Of a stretch of 64,000 nucleotides of DNA, positions 28,698 to 39,453 are shown in pieces. Under the pieces are notes generated by a model. It made no database searches, had not been told where the DNA came from, and saw nothing but the letters and a program-made list of their open reading frames with translations. Made by a program: the position numbers and the translations under genes. The stretch's first letter is position 1; each line of letters begins with the position of its first letter. Origin of the DNA: Candidatus Eiseniibacteriota bacterium (GTDB lineage: Bacteria > Eisenbacteria > RBG-16-71-46 > CAVPCR01); contig CAVPCR010000004.1 of assembly GCA_963702435.1 (NCBI GenBank), positions 672,001 to 736,000 on the forward strand, in the 5' to 3' direction.

Positions 28698-30935
28698 CTA
28701 CCGGACCTCGCCGCGCACGCCGAAGTTGTCGAGGCAGAGCATCGCCTTGTCGGTCGAGTTCTGCGCCCAGAGGGTGATCGTGAAACGATCCTTCCCGGCG
28801 ACGAGCGCGGTCAGATCGTGGGTGATATCACGATTGTCGAGCGCGGCCCCCGCCGCGACCGGACTCGAGCGGCCGCCCGCCTTGAGCTCGATGCGCACGG
28901 CCGTTCCGCGCAGCACGAGGTCGTAGATCTCGGCGCGCGCGAACTTCCGGCCGGGCGCCGCGGTGAACGTGTAGGCGACCTGCCCCGACTTCCCCGGATG
29001 CAAGGACAGGCCGTAGGTGCCGGGATAGAAGCCCTCGATGAGCTCCGCATCGCGGCGCGAGAACCCGCCGCGGGCGAGGTCGTCCTTGTACTCGAAGGTT
29101 CCGCTGAGCGGAGCGGCGAGCCCGGCCGCGACGAGGCCCTTCTCCATTCGCTCGAGATCGTCGACCGCGTTCTTTCCGATCCGGCCCGCCGTGGCGAGCT
29201 CCGCGGCCTGGCCCTTCGCCGCCGTGAGCTTGGCGGTCGCCGCCACGCGATCCTCATCGCGCCCCGATCGCTTGTAGCGATCCATCGCGGCAGTCGCTTC
29301 CATCTGGAGCTGGGCGGCGCGGAGGAGGTCGGCGTCCGCCTTGAGGCGCGCCTTGACCGGCGGCGGCTCGGCCTGCGCGAGCCGATCGAGCTGCGCGACC
29401 GCCGCCGTCAGCTGGTCGGTCGAGTAGATCCCCGCGGCGCTCTGCGCATCGCCGGTGATCGCGCGATCGGCCGGGACGTTCTCGACCGGCCGGCGGAGAT
29501 CCTTCACCACCTCGATCACACGCGGGGCGGCCGGGCCGTAGCGGGCGCGGCAGAGGTCGGCGAGGATGCTGTCGGCATCGGCTCCCGGGTTCCACATGAG
29601 CTCGAGATCCACGGCCATGAGGAGATCGCTCATGAACCCGCGCTGCAGGTACTCGCGGGACATGCCGCGGGTGCCGGCCTTCTCGTACGTGCGCAGGTTC
29701 CCGGCCAGCACGTCGATCGTCAGGTCGGGAACGGGCCACGGGCACGCGTAATCCCGGGCCATGATCTGGCGCGCGATCCCCGCCCAGCCGTCCAGGCGGC
29801 GCTTGAATGCGGCGTTCGTCGAGCAACCGCGCTCGTCGATGGCATGCACCTGGCACACGCTGAAGCGCGCCACCACCGGGATCAGGTTGGCGTTCAGGCG
29901 GATGCCCTTCTCGTAGGGCGGCTCGACGAGATCGGCATAGGCGTAGAACGCGAGATAGCGATCGGGGTGGCGCGCGGCCACGCGCTCGGCGACCTTGTTC
30001 GCGAAGCGGACGTAGCGCGTGGTGAGATCGGGGCCGTCGCTCTTGCAGGCCGTGCACGTGCAGAAGCGACTGCCGTCGTTCGGGCTCAGGCTGCCGATCT
30101 GGAGGTCGGGCTCGCGCGTGAAGCGGTCGATCCAGTGCTGGGCCGCGATCGCGATGACGTCCGCGTTCGACGTGCAGAGCTGGCCGTCAGCGACGCGCTT
30201 GCCGCCGACCTCGGCGAAGTACTCCGGGTGGTCCTTGAAGTAGGTGGCCGGCGGCATCATCTCCGCGTAGTAGTGCCTGATGATCGCCCGCGTGCCGCCG
30301 CCGCGGTGCCGGCGAGCGAAGAGCTTCAAGGCCTGGCGCTCGGCGTCGGCCGCGCCGGCGAGGACGTTCTCGTTGAACCAGGCTTGCCGGAGGTCGAGCG
30401 CCGGCCGCACCCGGCGGAGCCCCTCCGGAACGCGCACGGTCCAGCTCTTCGGCACCGTGACCCCGTCGGGGCCGGGAGCATGGACGCGCACTCCGAGGTA
30501 GGCGGCCGCCACATCATAGATGGCATTGGCGGTGGCCGCGGGATCGGGGCCCGCGAGAGCCAGGGTCGTCTGGTCGGCGCGGATCGCATAACCACCCGCC
30601 CCGAGCTCGGCCGGGAGGACCGCAAGCCCGGCAGTGAGGGCGGGTTTGCCGATGAGGATCGCCGGCCCGCGGGGCCGGGCGCCGCCCTGCTGGAGCTCGG
30701 GCGACCCGCCGCCGGCGGCCGCGATCCACTCCCGGAGGTCCGAGACCGCCTGCGCCAGGTCGGGGTCCTTGACCTCTGCGGGGTCGACGAGGAGGGCGGC
30801 CGAGCGGCCGTTCTCGATCAGCGGAAACTCGCCGCGGGCGGGGGAGGTCGCAACCAGCGCGGCGACAAGAGGCAGGGCGCAGGAAACCGCAAGGGCCGCC
30901 CGGGTCCGGCGGGCGGGGCCGGCAAGAGCCATCAT
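28698..30935 (-). CDS. Secreted DUF4838-domain protein
   Basis: Signal peptide; YFKDHPEYFA, QLCTSN, SPNDG..FCTCTAC, FYAY; start approximate. Confidence 0.8.
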   Translation of the reverse strand: MMALAGPARRTRAALAVSCALPLVAALVATSPARGEFPLIENGRSAALLVDPAEVKDPDLAQAVSDLREWIAAAGGGSPELQQGGARPRGPAILIGKPALTAGLAVLPAELGAGGYAIRADQTTLALAGPDPAATANAIYDVAAAYLGVRVHAPGPDGVTVPKSWTVRVPEGLRRVRPALDLRQAWFNENVLAGAADAERQALKLFARRHRGGGTRAIIRHYYAEMMPPATYFKDHPEYFAEVGGKRVADGQLCTSNADVIAIAAQHWIDRFTREPDLQIGSLSPNDGSRFCTCTACKSDGPDLTTRYVRFANKVAERVAARHPDRYLAFYAYADLVEPPYEKGIRLNANLIPVVARFSVCQVHAIDERGCSTNAAFKRRLDGWAGIARQIMARDYACPWPVPDLTIDVLAGNLRTYEKAGTRGMSREYLQRGFMSDLLMAVDLELMWNPGADADSILADLCRARYGPAAPRVIEVVKDLRRPVENVPADRAITGDAQSAAGIYSTDQLTAAVAQLDRLAQAEPPPVKARLKADADLLRAAQLQMEATAAMDRYKRSGRDEDRVAATAKLTAAKGQAAELATAGRIGKNAVDDLERMEKGLVAAGLAAPLSGTFEYKDDLARGGFSRRDAELIEGFYPGTYGLSLHPGKSGQVAYTFTAAPGRKFARAEIYDLVLRGTAVRIELKAGGRSSPVAAGAALDNRDITHDLTALVAGKDRFTITLWAQNSTDKAMLCLDNFGVRGEVR

Positions 30936-31082
30936 GGCACGGTTATAGCACACGCGCCGAGACCCGGACCGGAGCGCAGCTCCCGGGCGGCGCGCCCCGC
31001 TCCCCGGTCGGGCCCTCGATCATCTCTCTAAGAGAAGCAATCATAATATGTTACCGGGTTACCCCCGGCTTCACAATGGACA

Positions 31083-31110
31083 TTGACAGAATCACCATCC
31101 GGCTATTAAT
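31083..31110 (+). promoter_or_regulatory. Putative sigma70 promoter of the metalloprotease gene
   Basis: TTGACA followed 15-16 nt later by TATTAAT, in an AT-rich island. Confidence 0.55.
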
Positions 31111-31326
31111 GTGATAGGGAGCCCTCCACCCGTCAGCCAAGACCAACTCGGGGCTTGAGCTTCGAGCAAGAGGGGAGTCCCGGCCTCTTCGCACGCGCTC
31201 TTCGCACGTACGGGCCAGGTTACGACCAGCAGCCGGCACCACCAATTCGAGCCCAGCAATGGGTTCTCGGCCGGGCCCGGAAAAGCACCCGCACACCCAT
31301 CAGGACAATTCCGAGGAGAGTGAATC

Positions 31327-34266
31327 ATGGCGTTTTCGCGACAGAGGGCCCTTCTCGTCCCGGGTCTTCTTGCCCTGTGGGCGACGCAGGCCGCGGCTAT
31401 CGTGCCTGATAGCGACTCGTCGGTCTTCGACATCCCCCTTCCCGCGACTGCGATCCTCCAGGCGCCGCTCGATATGCCGGGCGCCCTCGACGCCGACGAC
31501 CTCATGACCGCACGCTACGGCGGCGACTGGTACGTGCATCTCTGGCATCCCGGCTCGCGGACGCCGCTCGCCATCTACGGCTCGGGCGTCCAGGTGGCGA
31601 GTGCCCCGCTCTCGACCGACGCGCTCGCCGAGCAGGCGGCGATGAGCTTCCTGCAGGCGAACGGGGATGTCCTGCGCGCGGACTCGAGCGACCTCGTGCT
31701 CGACCAGATCGCCCGCGGTGCGGAGCGGGTCGGTGTGCACTTCCAGCAGCGCTTCCACGGGGTCCCGGTCATCGGCGGCCGCGTGAAGTCCCTGTTCACC
31801 GACGAGGGTCGTCTTGTCCTCTTCGGCTCGTCCTTCTACGGCGACATCGACGTGAGCCCGGTGCCCGCCCTCTCGGCGGCGGAGGCCGAGGGCCGCGCCC
31901 GCGCCGACCTGCCGTTCAATCCGGCCACCGACCAGATCCTCGGCGAGACCGAGCTCTTCGTGCTCCCGGTGGCGCTTCCCGAGGGCGGCGCCGACTATCA
32001 CCTCGTGTGGCGCACCCAGGTGGCGCTCAGCGCTCCGTACGGGATCTGGGTGACCCACGTGGACGCCCACAACGGCGAGATCATCTGGCGCTACAACGAC
32101 GTGCACAGCGCGTACTCGGGCTCGTCCAGCGGCCCGGTCGATCAGCCCACCTACTGCCAGGGGCAGTCGACCTCGCCCTTCCGCAACATGTACGTGAACG
32201 TGACCGGGGTGGGCACCGCGACCACCGACGCCAGCGGCAACTTCTCGATCGCCGGCACCGGCGGCAATCGCGCTCTCACGGCCCAGTTCAACGGGACCAA
32301 GTTCAACGTTAACGACACCCAGTTCGGCGACGCCACCTTCAACGGCACGATCCAGGAGGATGTGCCCTTCGCCATCAACTGGAGCGACGCGACGCCGTCG
32401 CGGCGCGCGGAGCGCGATGCCTTCTACTGGCTCAACCAGACGTACGAGTACGTTCGCACGATCGACAACACCTGGACCATTCCGACGCACCTCGTGAACG
32501 TGAACGTCAACTCGACCTGCAACGCCAACTGGACGACGTGGACCATGAACTTCTTCCGGGAGGGCGGCGGCTGCGCCAACACCGGGCACATCGGCGACGT
32601 CATGGCCCACGAGTTCGGGCACGGCATCCAGCACACGCTGATCGGGAGCCAGGGCCAGGAAGGTTGCGGCGAGGGGAACGGCGACATCATCGCCACCTTC
32701 ATGGCGGACGATCATGTCATGGCCCGCGGCTTCACCCTGAACGTCTGCACGAGCGGGCTCCGCGACTGCCTGAACACGCTGCGCTATCCGGGTGACGTGG
32801 TCGGGCAGCAGATCCACAACGCCGGCCGCGTGATCTGCGGCTTCAACTGGGATCTGCGGGTCCTCCTCGAGAACAAGATGGGTACGGCCGCCGGCAAGGC
32901 GCACACCGCCCGTCTCTGGCACTTCTCGCGCAAGGTCTACTTCGCCGACACCCAGCCGGAGCAGGTCCTCGGCTACTTCGCCGTGGACGACAACGACGGA
33001 AACCTGGGCAACGGCACGCCGAACCGCGCCGAGATCTGCCAGGCGGCGACCAACCACGGCTTCAGCTGCCCGGCGATCACCGAGGGCGTGAACATCACGC
33101 ACGCGCCGCTCATCGACACCACGAACCTCGGTCCGTACACGGTCTCGGCCACGATCGCCGCATTCGGCCCGCACCCGCTCAATACGAGCTCGCCGCGCGT
33201 CTGGTACTCGGTGAACGGCGGCGCCTTCGGCTCGGTCGGGATGACCAACACCAGCGGCTCGACCTGGGAGGGTCAGATCCCGGCCCAGGCCACCGGTGCG
33301 GCCATCGCCTACTACGTCATCGCGGAGACCACGGTGGGGGTTCCGGGGCTGGCCCCGCCCGGGGCGCCCGAGGACTACTACCTGTTCGGCGTCGGCACCT
33401 TCAACGTCAACATCGACGACGACATCGAGACCGATCTCGGCTGGACGGTGAGCGAGCCCGGAACCGACGGGACCTGGGAGCGCGCGGATCCGAACGGCAC
33501 CTTCGCCGGATCGGTGCCGGTCAATCCCGAGAACGACCACACGGCGGATCCGGGTGTCACCTGCTGGGTGACCGGCAATCCACCGGCCGGATCCTTCTTC
33601 TTCTTCGAGGAGGTCGACGGGCGGACGTCGATCGTGAGCCCGATCGTCGATCTCGCGGGTGCTTCGATGGCCCGCGGCTCGGTGTGGCTCTGGGCCTACG
33701 TCGCCAACAACAACGTCTACGACTACCTCGAGCTCTCGGCGTCGTCGGACGGCGGCACGACCTGGACTGCCCTCGAGCGCCTGACGGCGGTCAACCTCAA
33801 CGCCTGGAACGAGTACGAGTTCACGCTGAGCCCGCTCGACTTCACGTTCACGGCGCAGATGCGGTTCAAGGTCACGGCCGAGGACGTTGCTCCCGACACC
33901 ATCGTCGACTGCGGCATGGATGACTTCCTCCTGCGCTCGCTCGTGCCCGGTACGGTATCGGTTTCCGGCCCGGCGGACGTGCGACCGGTGAGCTACGTGC
34001 TCCACCCGAGCCAGCCGAATCCGTTCAACCCGCGCACCGAGATCCGCTACGAGCTGCCGGCGGACGGTCCGGTGAGCATCACCGTGTACGACGTCAGCGG
34101 GCGCGAGATCCGCGTGCTCGTCGACGAAGCCAAGGAAGCCGGCACGCACTCGGCGTCCTGGGACGGCACCGACAGCCAGGGCCAGTCCCTCGCGTCGGGC
34201 GTCTACTTCTACCGGCTCCAGGCGGCCGGATTCACGCAGACGCGGCGCATGACCCTCGTCAAGTAG
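31327..34266 (+). CDS. Secreted thermolysin/fungalysin-like (M4/M36) zinc metalloprotease with FTP/PepSY-like propeptide and C-terminal FlgD-Ig domain
   Basis: Signal peptide; VHFQQRFHGVPV, VDAHNGEI; DVMAHEFGH, EGNGD, IHNAG; PNPFNP...VYDVSGR...GVYFY. Confidence 0.88.
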   Translation: MAFSRQRALLVPGLLALWATQAAAIVPDSDSSVFDIPLPATAILQAPLDMPGALDADDLMTARYGGDWYVHLWHPGSRTPLAIYGSGVQVASAPLSTDALAEQAAMSFLQANGDVLRADSSDLVLDQIARGAERVGVHFQQRFHGVPVIGGRVKSLFTDEGRLVLFGSSFYGDIDVSPVPALSAAEAEGRARADLPFNPATDQILGETELFVLPVALPEGGADYHLVWRTQVALSAPYGIWVTHVDAHNGEIIWRYNDVHSAYSGSSSGPVDQPTYCQGQSTSPFRNMYVNVTGVGTATTDASGNFSIAGTGGNRALTAQFNGTKFNVNDTQFGDATFNGTIQEDVPFAINWSDATPSRRAERDAFYWLNQTYEYVRTIDNTWTIPTHLVNVNVNSTCNANWTTWTMNFFREGGGCANTGHIGDVMAHEFGHGIQHTLIGSQGQEGCGEGNGDIIATFMADDHVMARGFTLNVCTSGLRDCLNTLRYPGDVVGQQIHNAGRVICGFNWDLRVLLENKMGTAAGKAHTARLWHFSRKVYFADTQPEQVLGYFAVDDNDGNLGNGTPNRAEICQAATNHGFSCPAITEGVNITHAPLIDTTNLGPYTVSATIAAFGPHPLNTSSPRVWYSVNGGAFGSVGMTNTSGSTWEGQIPAQATGAAIAYYVIAETTVGVPGLAPPGAPEDYYLFGVGTFNVNIDDDIETDLGWTVSEPGTDGTWERADPNGTFAGSVPVNPENDHTADPGVTCWVTGNPPAGSFFFFEEVDGRTSIVSPIVDLAGASMARGSVWLWAYVANNNVYDYLELSASSDGGTTWTALERLTAVNLNAWNEYEFTLSPLDFTFTAQMRFKVTAEDVAPDTIVDCGMDDFLLRSLVPGTVSVSGPADVRPVSYVLHPSQPNPFNPRTEIRYELPADGPVSITVYDVSGREIRVLVDEAKEAGTHSASWDGTDSQGQSLASGVYFYRLQAAGFTQTRRMTLVK

Positions 34267-34312
34267 GACGAGGACAGCGCGGCTCGCCGCCCCGGCGCGG
34301 CGAACGAGACCA

Positions 34313-34355
34313 GGAAGGGGGCGCCTCGGTGACGAGGTGCCCCCTTCCGTCTTCT
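34313..34355 (+). terminator. Intrinsic terminator-like hairpin after the metalloprotease
   Basis: ggaagggggcgcctcg-gtga-cgaggtgcccccttcc followed by gtcttct. Confidence 0.7.
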
Positions 34356-34392
34356 CCGCAGGCGGCCGGCGCGGTGGCGCGGAGGCCGCCGG

Positions 34393-34421
34393 TTGAACCG
34401 CGCCCGCATCGCGACTACCAT
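34393..34421 (+). promoter_or_regulatory. Putative sigma70 promoter of ddl-cysS
   Basis: TTGAAC-N17-TACCAT. Confidence 0.55.
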
Positions 34422-34478
34422 GCTTCTCATTCACGAACGCGGGCCGCGTCGATCCGGCCGGCGCAGAGAGGAGGCAGC

Positions 34479-35612
34479 GTGGACATCCTCGTCCTCCTGG
34501 GCGGCAGCTCGGCCGAGCGCGAGATCAGCTTGAAGACCGGGACCGGCATCGTCGCGGCGCTCCGCCGGCGTGGGCACCGCGTGTGGGCCGGGGACCCATC
34601 GACCGGAGAGGTGGCTGCCGGCGACTGGCCGGCGATGGCCGGCCGCACGAGCGATGGCGCCGCGGGCGGCGCGGCCGCAGCGGGCCGGGAGCGCGCCGGC
34701 GCGTCCGGGGCGAACCTGGTCCTTGCCGAGCACGTGCGCACGCTCCTCACCGGGGAGCGCAGCGGAGCCGACGTCGTCTTCATCGCGCTCCACGGCGGTA
34801 CCGGCGAGGACGGTACGATCCAGACCCTGCTCGAGCTCGCCGGCCGGCCGTACACCGGCTCGGGCCCGCTCGCCTCGGGGCTCGCCATGGATAAGGTCAT
34901 GGCCAAGCGGCTCTTCGTGTGGGCCGGCGTGCCGACGCCCGACTGGGTCGAGCTCGACGTCTCCACGGCGCTCGCGATGGCCGGCGGCGCCGGCTCCCGG
35001 GCCCTCCCCGCGCCGCCGCGCGCGCTGGCCGAGCTCGGCGGACTGCCGATCGTCGTCAAGCCGGTGGATCAGGGCTCGACCATCGGGCTCACCGTGGTCG
35101 AGGACTGGGCCGAGCTCGCGGCGGCTTTCGCCGCGGCCGCCCCCTTCGGCCGGCGCATCCTCTGCGAGCGATTCATTCCCGGGCGCGAGCTCGCGATCGG
35201 CATCCTCGGGCGGGAAGCGCTTCCGATCGTCGAGATCGAGCCGTCGAAGGGCATCTACGACTACGAGTGCAAGTACACGAAGGGCATGAGCCGCTACACC
35301 TGCCCGGCCGTGCTCGACACGGCGGCGGCGCGGGCGGTCGCCGATGTCTCGCAGCGAGCGTTCGCGGCGCTCGGCTGCGCCGATTTCGGGCGCGTGGACG
35401 TGCGGCTCAGTCCGGACGGACGGCCCTACGTGCTCGAGGTGAACACGATTCCCGGCATGACGGAGACGAGCCTCTTGCCGATGGCGGCGCAGGCCGCCGG
35501 GATGTCCTACGAGCTGCTCGTCGAGCGCATGTGCGAGCTGGCCGCGGAGCGGGCGGGCGAGAGCCGGACCGCCCTCGCCGGCGGTCGCCGGCACGAGGAG
35601 ACGCGAGCGTGA
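34479..35612 (+). CDS. ddl: D-alanine--D-alanine ligase
   Basis: LGGSSAEREISL, ALHG..GEDG, MDK, KP...GS, YDYECKY, LEVNTIPGMT; GAGGAGG RBS before GTG. Confidence 0.96.
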   Translation: MDILVLLGGSSAEREISLKTGTGIVAALRRRGHRVWAGDPSTGEVAAGDWPAMAGRTSDGAAGGAAAAGRERAGASGANLVLAEHVRTLLTGERSGADVVFIALHGGTGEDGTIQTLLELAGRPYTGSGPLASGLAMDKVMAKRLFVWAGVPTPDWVELDVSTALAMAGGAGSRALPAPPRALAELGGLPIVVKPVDQGSTIGLTVVEDWAELAAAFAAAAPFGRRILCERFIPGRELAIGILGREALPIVEIEPSKGIYDYECKYTKGMSRYTCPAVLDTAAARAVADVSQRAFAALGCADFGRVDVRLSPDGRPYVLEVNTIPGMTETSLLPMAAQAAGMSYELLVERMCELAAERAGESRTALAGGRRHEETRA

Positions 35613-37015
35613 CCCTCCGCATCCACGACAACCTGAGCCGCACCCTCAAGGAATTCGTACCCGTCGCGCCCGGACGCGTCGGGATGTACGTGTGCGGCAT
35701 GACCGTGCAGGGTCCGCCCCATGTCGGGCACCTGCGCGCCGCCGTGTTCGGCGATGTGGTGCGCCGCTTCCTGGTCCATCGCGGCTATGCGGTCACCCTC
35801 GTCCACAACTTCACCGACGTGGACGACAAGATCATCGAGCGGGCGGCCGCCGAGCAGGTGGACTACCGTGTGATCGCCGAGCGCAACATCGCCGCCTATG
35901 AGGATGCCACCCGGCGCCTGAACGTGGGCCCTCCGGACGTGGCGCCCAAGGCGAGCGAGCACATGGCCGAGATCATCGCGCTCATCGCCGATCTGATCGC
36001 CAAGGGGCACGCCTATGCCGGCGGCGGCGACGTCTACTTCGCCGTGTCAACCTATCCGCGCTACGGACAGCTCTCCGGCCGGCGCGTCGAGGAACTGCGC
36101 GCCGGGGCGCGCATCGAGGTCGGCGAGCACAAGCGGGCTGCCGAGGACTTCGCCCTGTGGAAGGGTGTGAAGCCCGGCGAGCCGGCCTGGCCCAGTCCGT
36201 GGGGTGCCGGCCGTCCCGGCTGGCACATCGAGTGCTCCGCGATGGCGATGCGCTATCTCGGGCCGGTGCTCGACCTGCACGGCGGCGGCATGGACCTCGT
36301 CTTCCCCCATCATGAGAACGAGCTCGCGCAGTCGGAGGCGGCGACCGGCCGACCCTTCGCCCATCACTGGATCCAGCACGGCCTCGTCAATCTCGGCGGC
36401 GAGAAGATGTCGAAATCCACGCAGCACTTCTTCCTCGCGTCCGACATCTTCCGCGACGTGGACCCGGAGGTCGTGCGCTACTACCTGATGACCACGCACT
36501 ACCGGAGTCCGATCGAGTTCTCACTCGAACGGCTCCGCGAGGCCGAGGTCGCGCTCAAGCGACTCAGGAACTTCGTGGCCGATGCGGCCTTCGCGGCCGG
36601 GAGCGCCGCCGGGGCCGGGCATCCGGCGGTCGAAGCGCTCATCGGTGCGGCCGAGACCGAGTTCGAGGCGGCGATCGACGACGACCTCAACACCGCGCGG
36701 GCGATCGCCGCGCTCTTCGAACTGGCGCGCGAGGTGGGCCGGCTGCGGAGCGAGGAGGGCCTCGGCGGGCCGGCCTTCGCGGCTTCGATGGCCCGGTCCG
36801 GGCAGGTGGTCGGGACCCTGGGCGGGATCCTCGGCCTCGAGCTGGCGGCAAGCGGAGGTGCGATCCCGGAAGCGGCCGAGACCCTCCGGGCGGAGCGGGA
36901 GCGGGCGCGGGCAGCCCGCGACTGGGCGCGAGCCGACGCCCTGCGGGCCGAGATCCAGACGCTCGGGTTTGCCGTGGAGGACCACCCGGGTGGGAGCCGG
37001 CTCAAACCGCTATGA
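35609..37015 (+). CDS. cysS: Cysteine--tRNA ligase
   Basis: MYVCGMTV, HVGH, NFTDVDDKII, DFALWK, GRPGWHIECSAM, FPHHENE, KMSKS. Confidence 0.97.
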   Translation: MTLRIHDNLSRTLKEFVPVAPGRVGMYVCGMTVQGPPHVGHLRAAVFGDVVRRFLVHRGYAVTLVHNFTDVDDKIIERAAAEQVDYRVIAERNIAAYEDATRRLNVGPPDVAPKASEHMAEIIALIADLIAKGHAYAGGGDVYFAVSTYPRYGQLSGRRVEELRAGARIEVGEHKRAAEDFALWKGVKPGEPAWPSPWGAGRPGWHIECSAMAMRYLGPVLDLHGGGMDLVFPHHENELAQSEAATGRPFAHHWIQHGLVNLGGEKMSKSTQHFFLASDIFRDVDPEVVRYYLMTTHYRSPIEFSLERLREAEVALKRLRNFVADAAFAAGSAAGAGHPAVEALIGAAETEFEAAIDDDLNTARAIAALFELAREVGRLRSEEGLGGPAFAASMARSGQVVGTLGGILGLELAASGGAIPEAAETLRAERERARAARDWARADALRAEIQTLGFAVEDHPGGSRLKPL

Positions 37016-37289
37016 CGCAAGACATTGTGAATAAATGAGTTGAGACTGCCGACCGGCGCGCCGGCGATCCTCGCGGTCCGGCGTGATCCATCTATTTCAT
37101 TGTAAGATATATACTTGACCGAATCGGCGGCCCCCGGTCCGGGGTCCACATTAGGATGGCCCGAGGCGGGCCCGCGGAAAGCTCGGGGGGAACCTCCGAC
37201 GATGAGCGTGGATGGACCCGGTTCTGGCAACCCGGCCGGGAGCCGGCCCGGGCGACCGACCGCAAGGCCGAACGGATCCGGCTTTTCCC

Positions 37290-37319
37290 TTGACAGGTCA
37301 TTCCGCACCTAACTAGACT
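37290..37319 (+). promoter_or_regulatory. Putative promoter of the tRNA-tuf operon
   Basis: TTGACA-N18-TAGACT. Confidence 0.65.
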
Positions 37320-37572
37320 CTTCGGGCTTTGCGCAAGCTACGCCCCTGGCGCGAGTTCGGGCTGCTTGCGGGGGTATGCACCCGGCCGCGCCGGCACCGG
37401 ATAGGCCACATCTCTTCTCGAGATCGATTCCGATCCTGATTCCATCCACGTCGGCCTCGCCTTCACGCGCGATCTCCCTTCGCGCGACGCCGAGTCCGGT
37501 CGGGTGAGGTGTCTCCTCGTCTCCGTGGCGCGACTCTGATCGCCGGGTGCGGCTCTTGCGGCATCGGTGCGT

Positions 37573-37649
37573 GCTGGCGTAGCTCAATCTGGTAGAGCTC
37601 CTCACTTGTAATGAGGGGGTTATGGGTTCAAGTCCCGTCGCCAGCTCCA
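37573..37649 (+). tRNA. tRNA-Thr(TGT)
   Basis: Cloverleaf; anticodon arm cctca-cttgtaa-tgagg; TTCAA T-loop; encoded CCA. Confidence 0.95.
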
Positions 37650-37708
37650 GTAGCTCGAGGTGGCTCGAGGCGGTGGGCGCGCCCGGCGCGAGAGCCGGGA
37701 CGATTCCT

Positions 37709-37794
37709 GGGGAGGTTCCCGAGAGGTCAAAGGGAACAGACTGTAAATCTGTCGGCGTACGCCTTCGAAGGTTCGAATCCTTCCCTCCCCACCA
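37709..37794 (+). tRNA. tRNA-Tyr(GTA)
   Basis: acaga-ctgtaaa-tctgt; long variable arm; GGTTCGAATCC; CCA. Confidence 0.96.
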
Positions 37795-37827
37795 TCTCGG
37801 GATGATCGTCGTCGCGAGCGTGCGTGA

Positions 37828-37903
37828 GCGGGAATAGCTCAGTGGCTAGAGCGTCAGCCTTCCAAGCTGAGGGTCGCGGGTTCGAATCCCGTTTCCCGCT
37901 CCA
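37828..37903 (+). tRNA. tRNA-Gly(TCC)
   Basis: tcagc-cttccaa-gctga; GGTTCGAATCCC; CCA. Confidence 0.96.
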
Positions 37904-38029
37904 ACTTTCACTCGCCGGACGGAGCGGGCAGCGGGAATCCCCCGGCTGATCGCGAGGAGGTCCGGAGCGAGCCACAACGATCGCCCGTCCCGCCGGCGGG
38001 GCGGATCGCCGTTGCGAGTGGCGTGGAGA

Positions 38030-38104
38030 GCCCACGTAGCTCAGTCGGTAGAGCAAGTGCATGGTAAGCAAAGGTCACCGGTTCGATTCTGGTCGTGGGC
38101 TCCA
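38030..38104 (+). tRNA. tRNA-Thr(GGT); anticodon stem imperfect and about 1 nt short (likely sequence error)
   Basis: gcccacg/cgtgggc acceptor stem, GGT anticodon, CCA, canonical position before tuf. Confidence 0.85.
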
Positions 38105-38121
38105 ACTCTTGTCGCAAGGTC

Positions 38122-38172
38122 GCGGAAGCGGGATCGCCGGAAGCACGGTCACCGGAAGCATGGTCACCGGTA
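38122..38172 (+). repeat. Imperfect 15-bp tandem repeat between tRNA-Thr and tuf
   Basis: ccggaagca(c/t)ggtca at 38137 and 38152, with degenerate flanking copies. Confidence 0.7.
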
Positions 38173-38227
38173 ACGAACAGGCAGAAGGACGAGCTCAAGA
38201 CATGACCGCCGTGGAGGTCGGGTAACG

Positions 38228-39423
<1,196 letters not shown>

Positions 39424-39453
39424 CCGGCCGGCGCTTACCGGGGAGAGCTAGCG

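Noticed and set aside
31026..31056. dif (XerCD) site suggested by cataatatgtta
   Set aside because: Only a partial XerD-arm similarity and no proper 11-6-11 layout. It fits the recurring 25-bp IHF-like motif better.
1337..34434. Long antisense/overlapping ORFs (e.g. 1337-4069-, 9458-11947-, 15980-18478-, 20138-22615-, 28605-31031+, 31300-34434-)
   Set aside because: These are shadow ORFs expected opposite real genes at high GC; they are Arg/Gly/Pro-rich with no motifs.
37016..37120. Replication origin in the AT-rich patch after cysS
   Set aside because: No DnaA boxes (TTATCCACA) seen and no dnaA nearby.
38030..38104. Novel or aberrant tRNA with a mispaired anticodon stem
   Set aside because: It occupies the canonical tRNA-Thr(GGT) position and lies at the start of the error-rich zone; likely a small consensus error.
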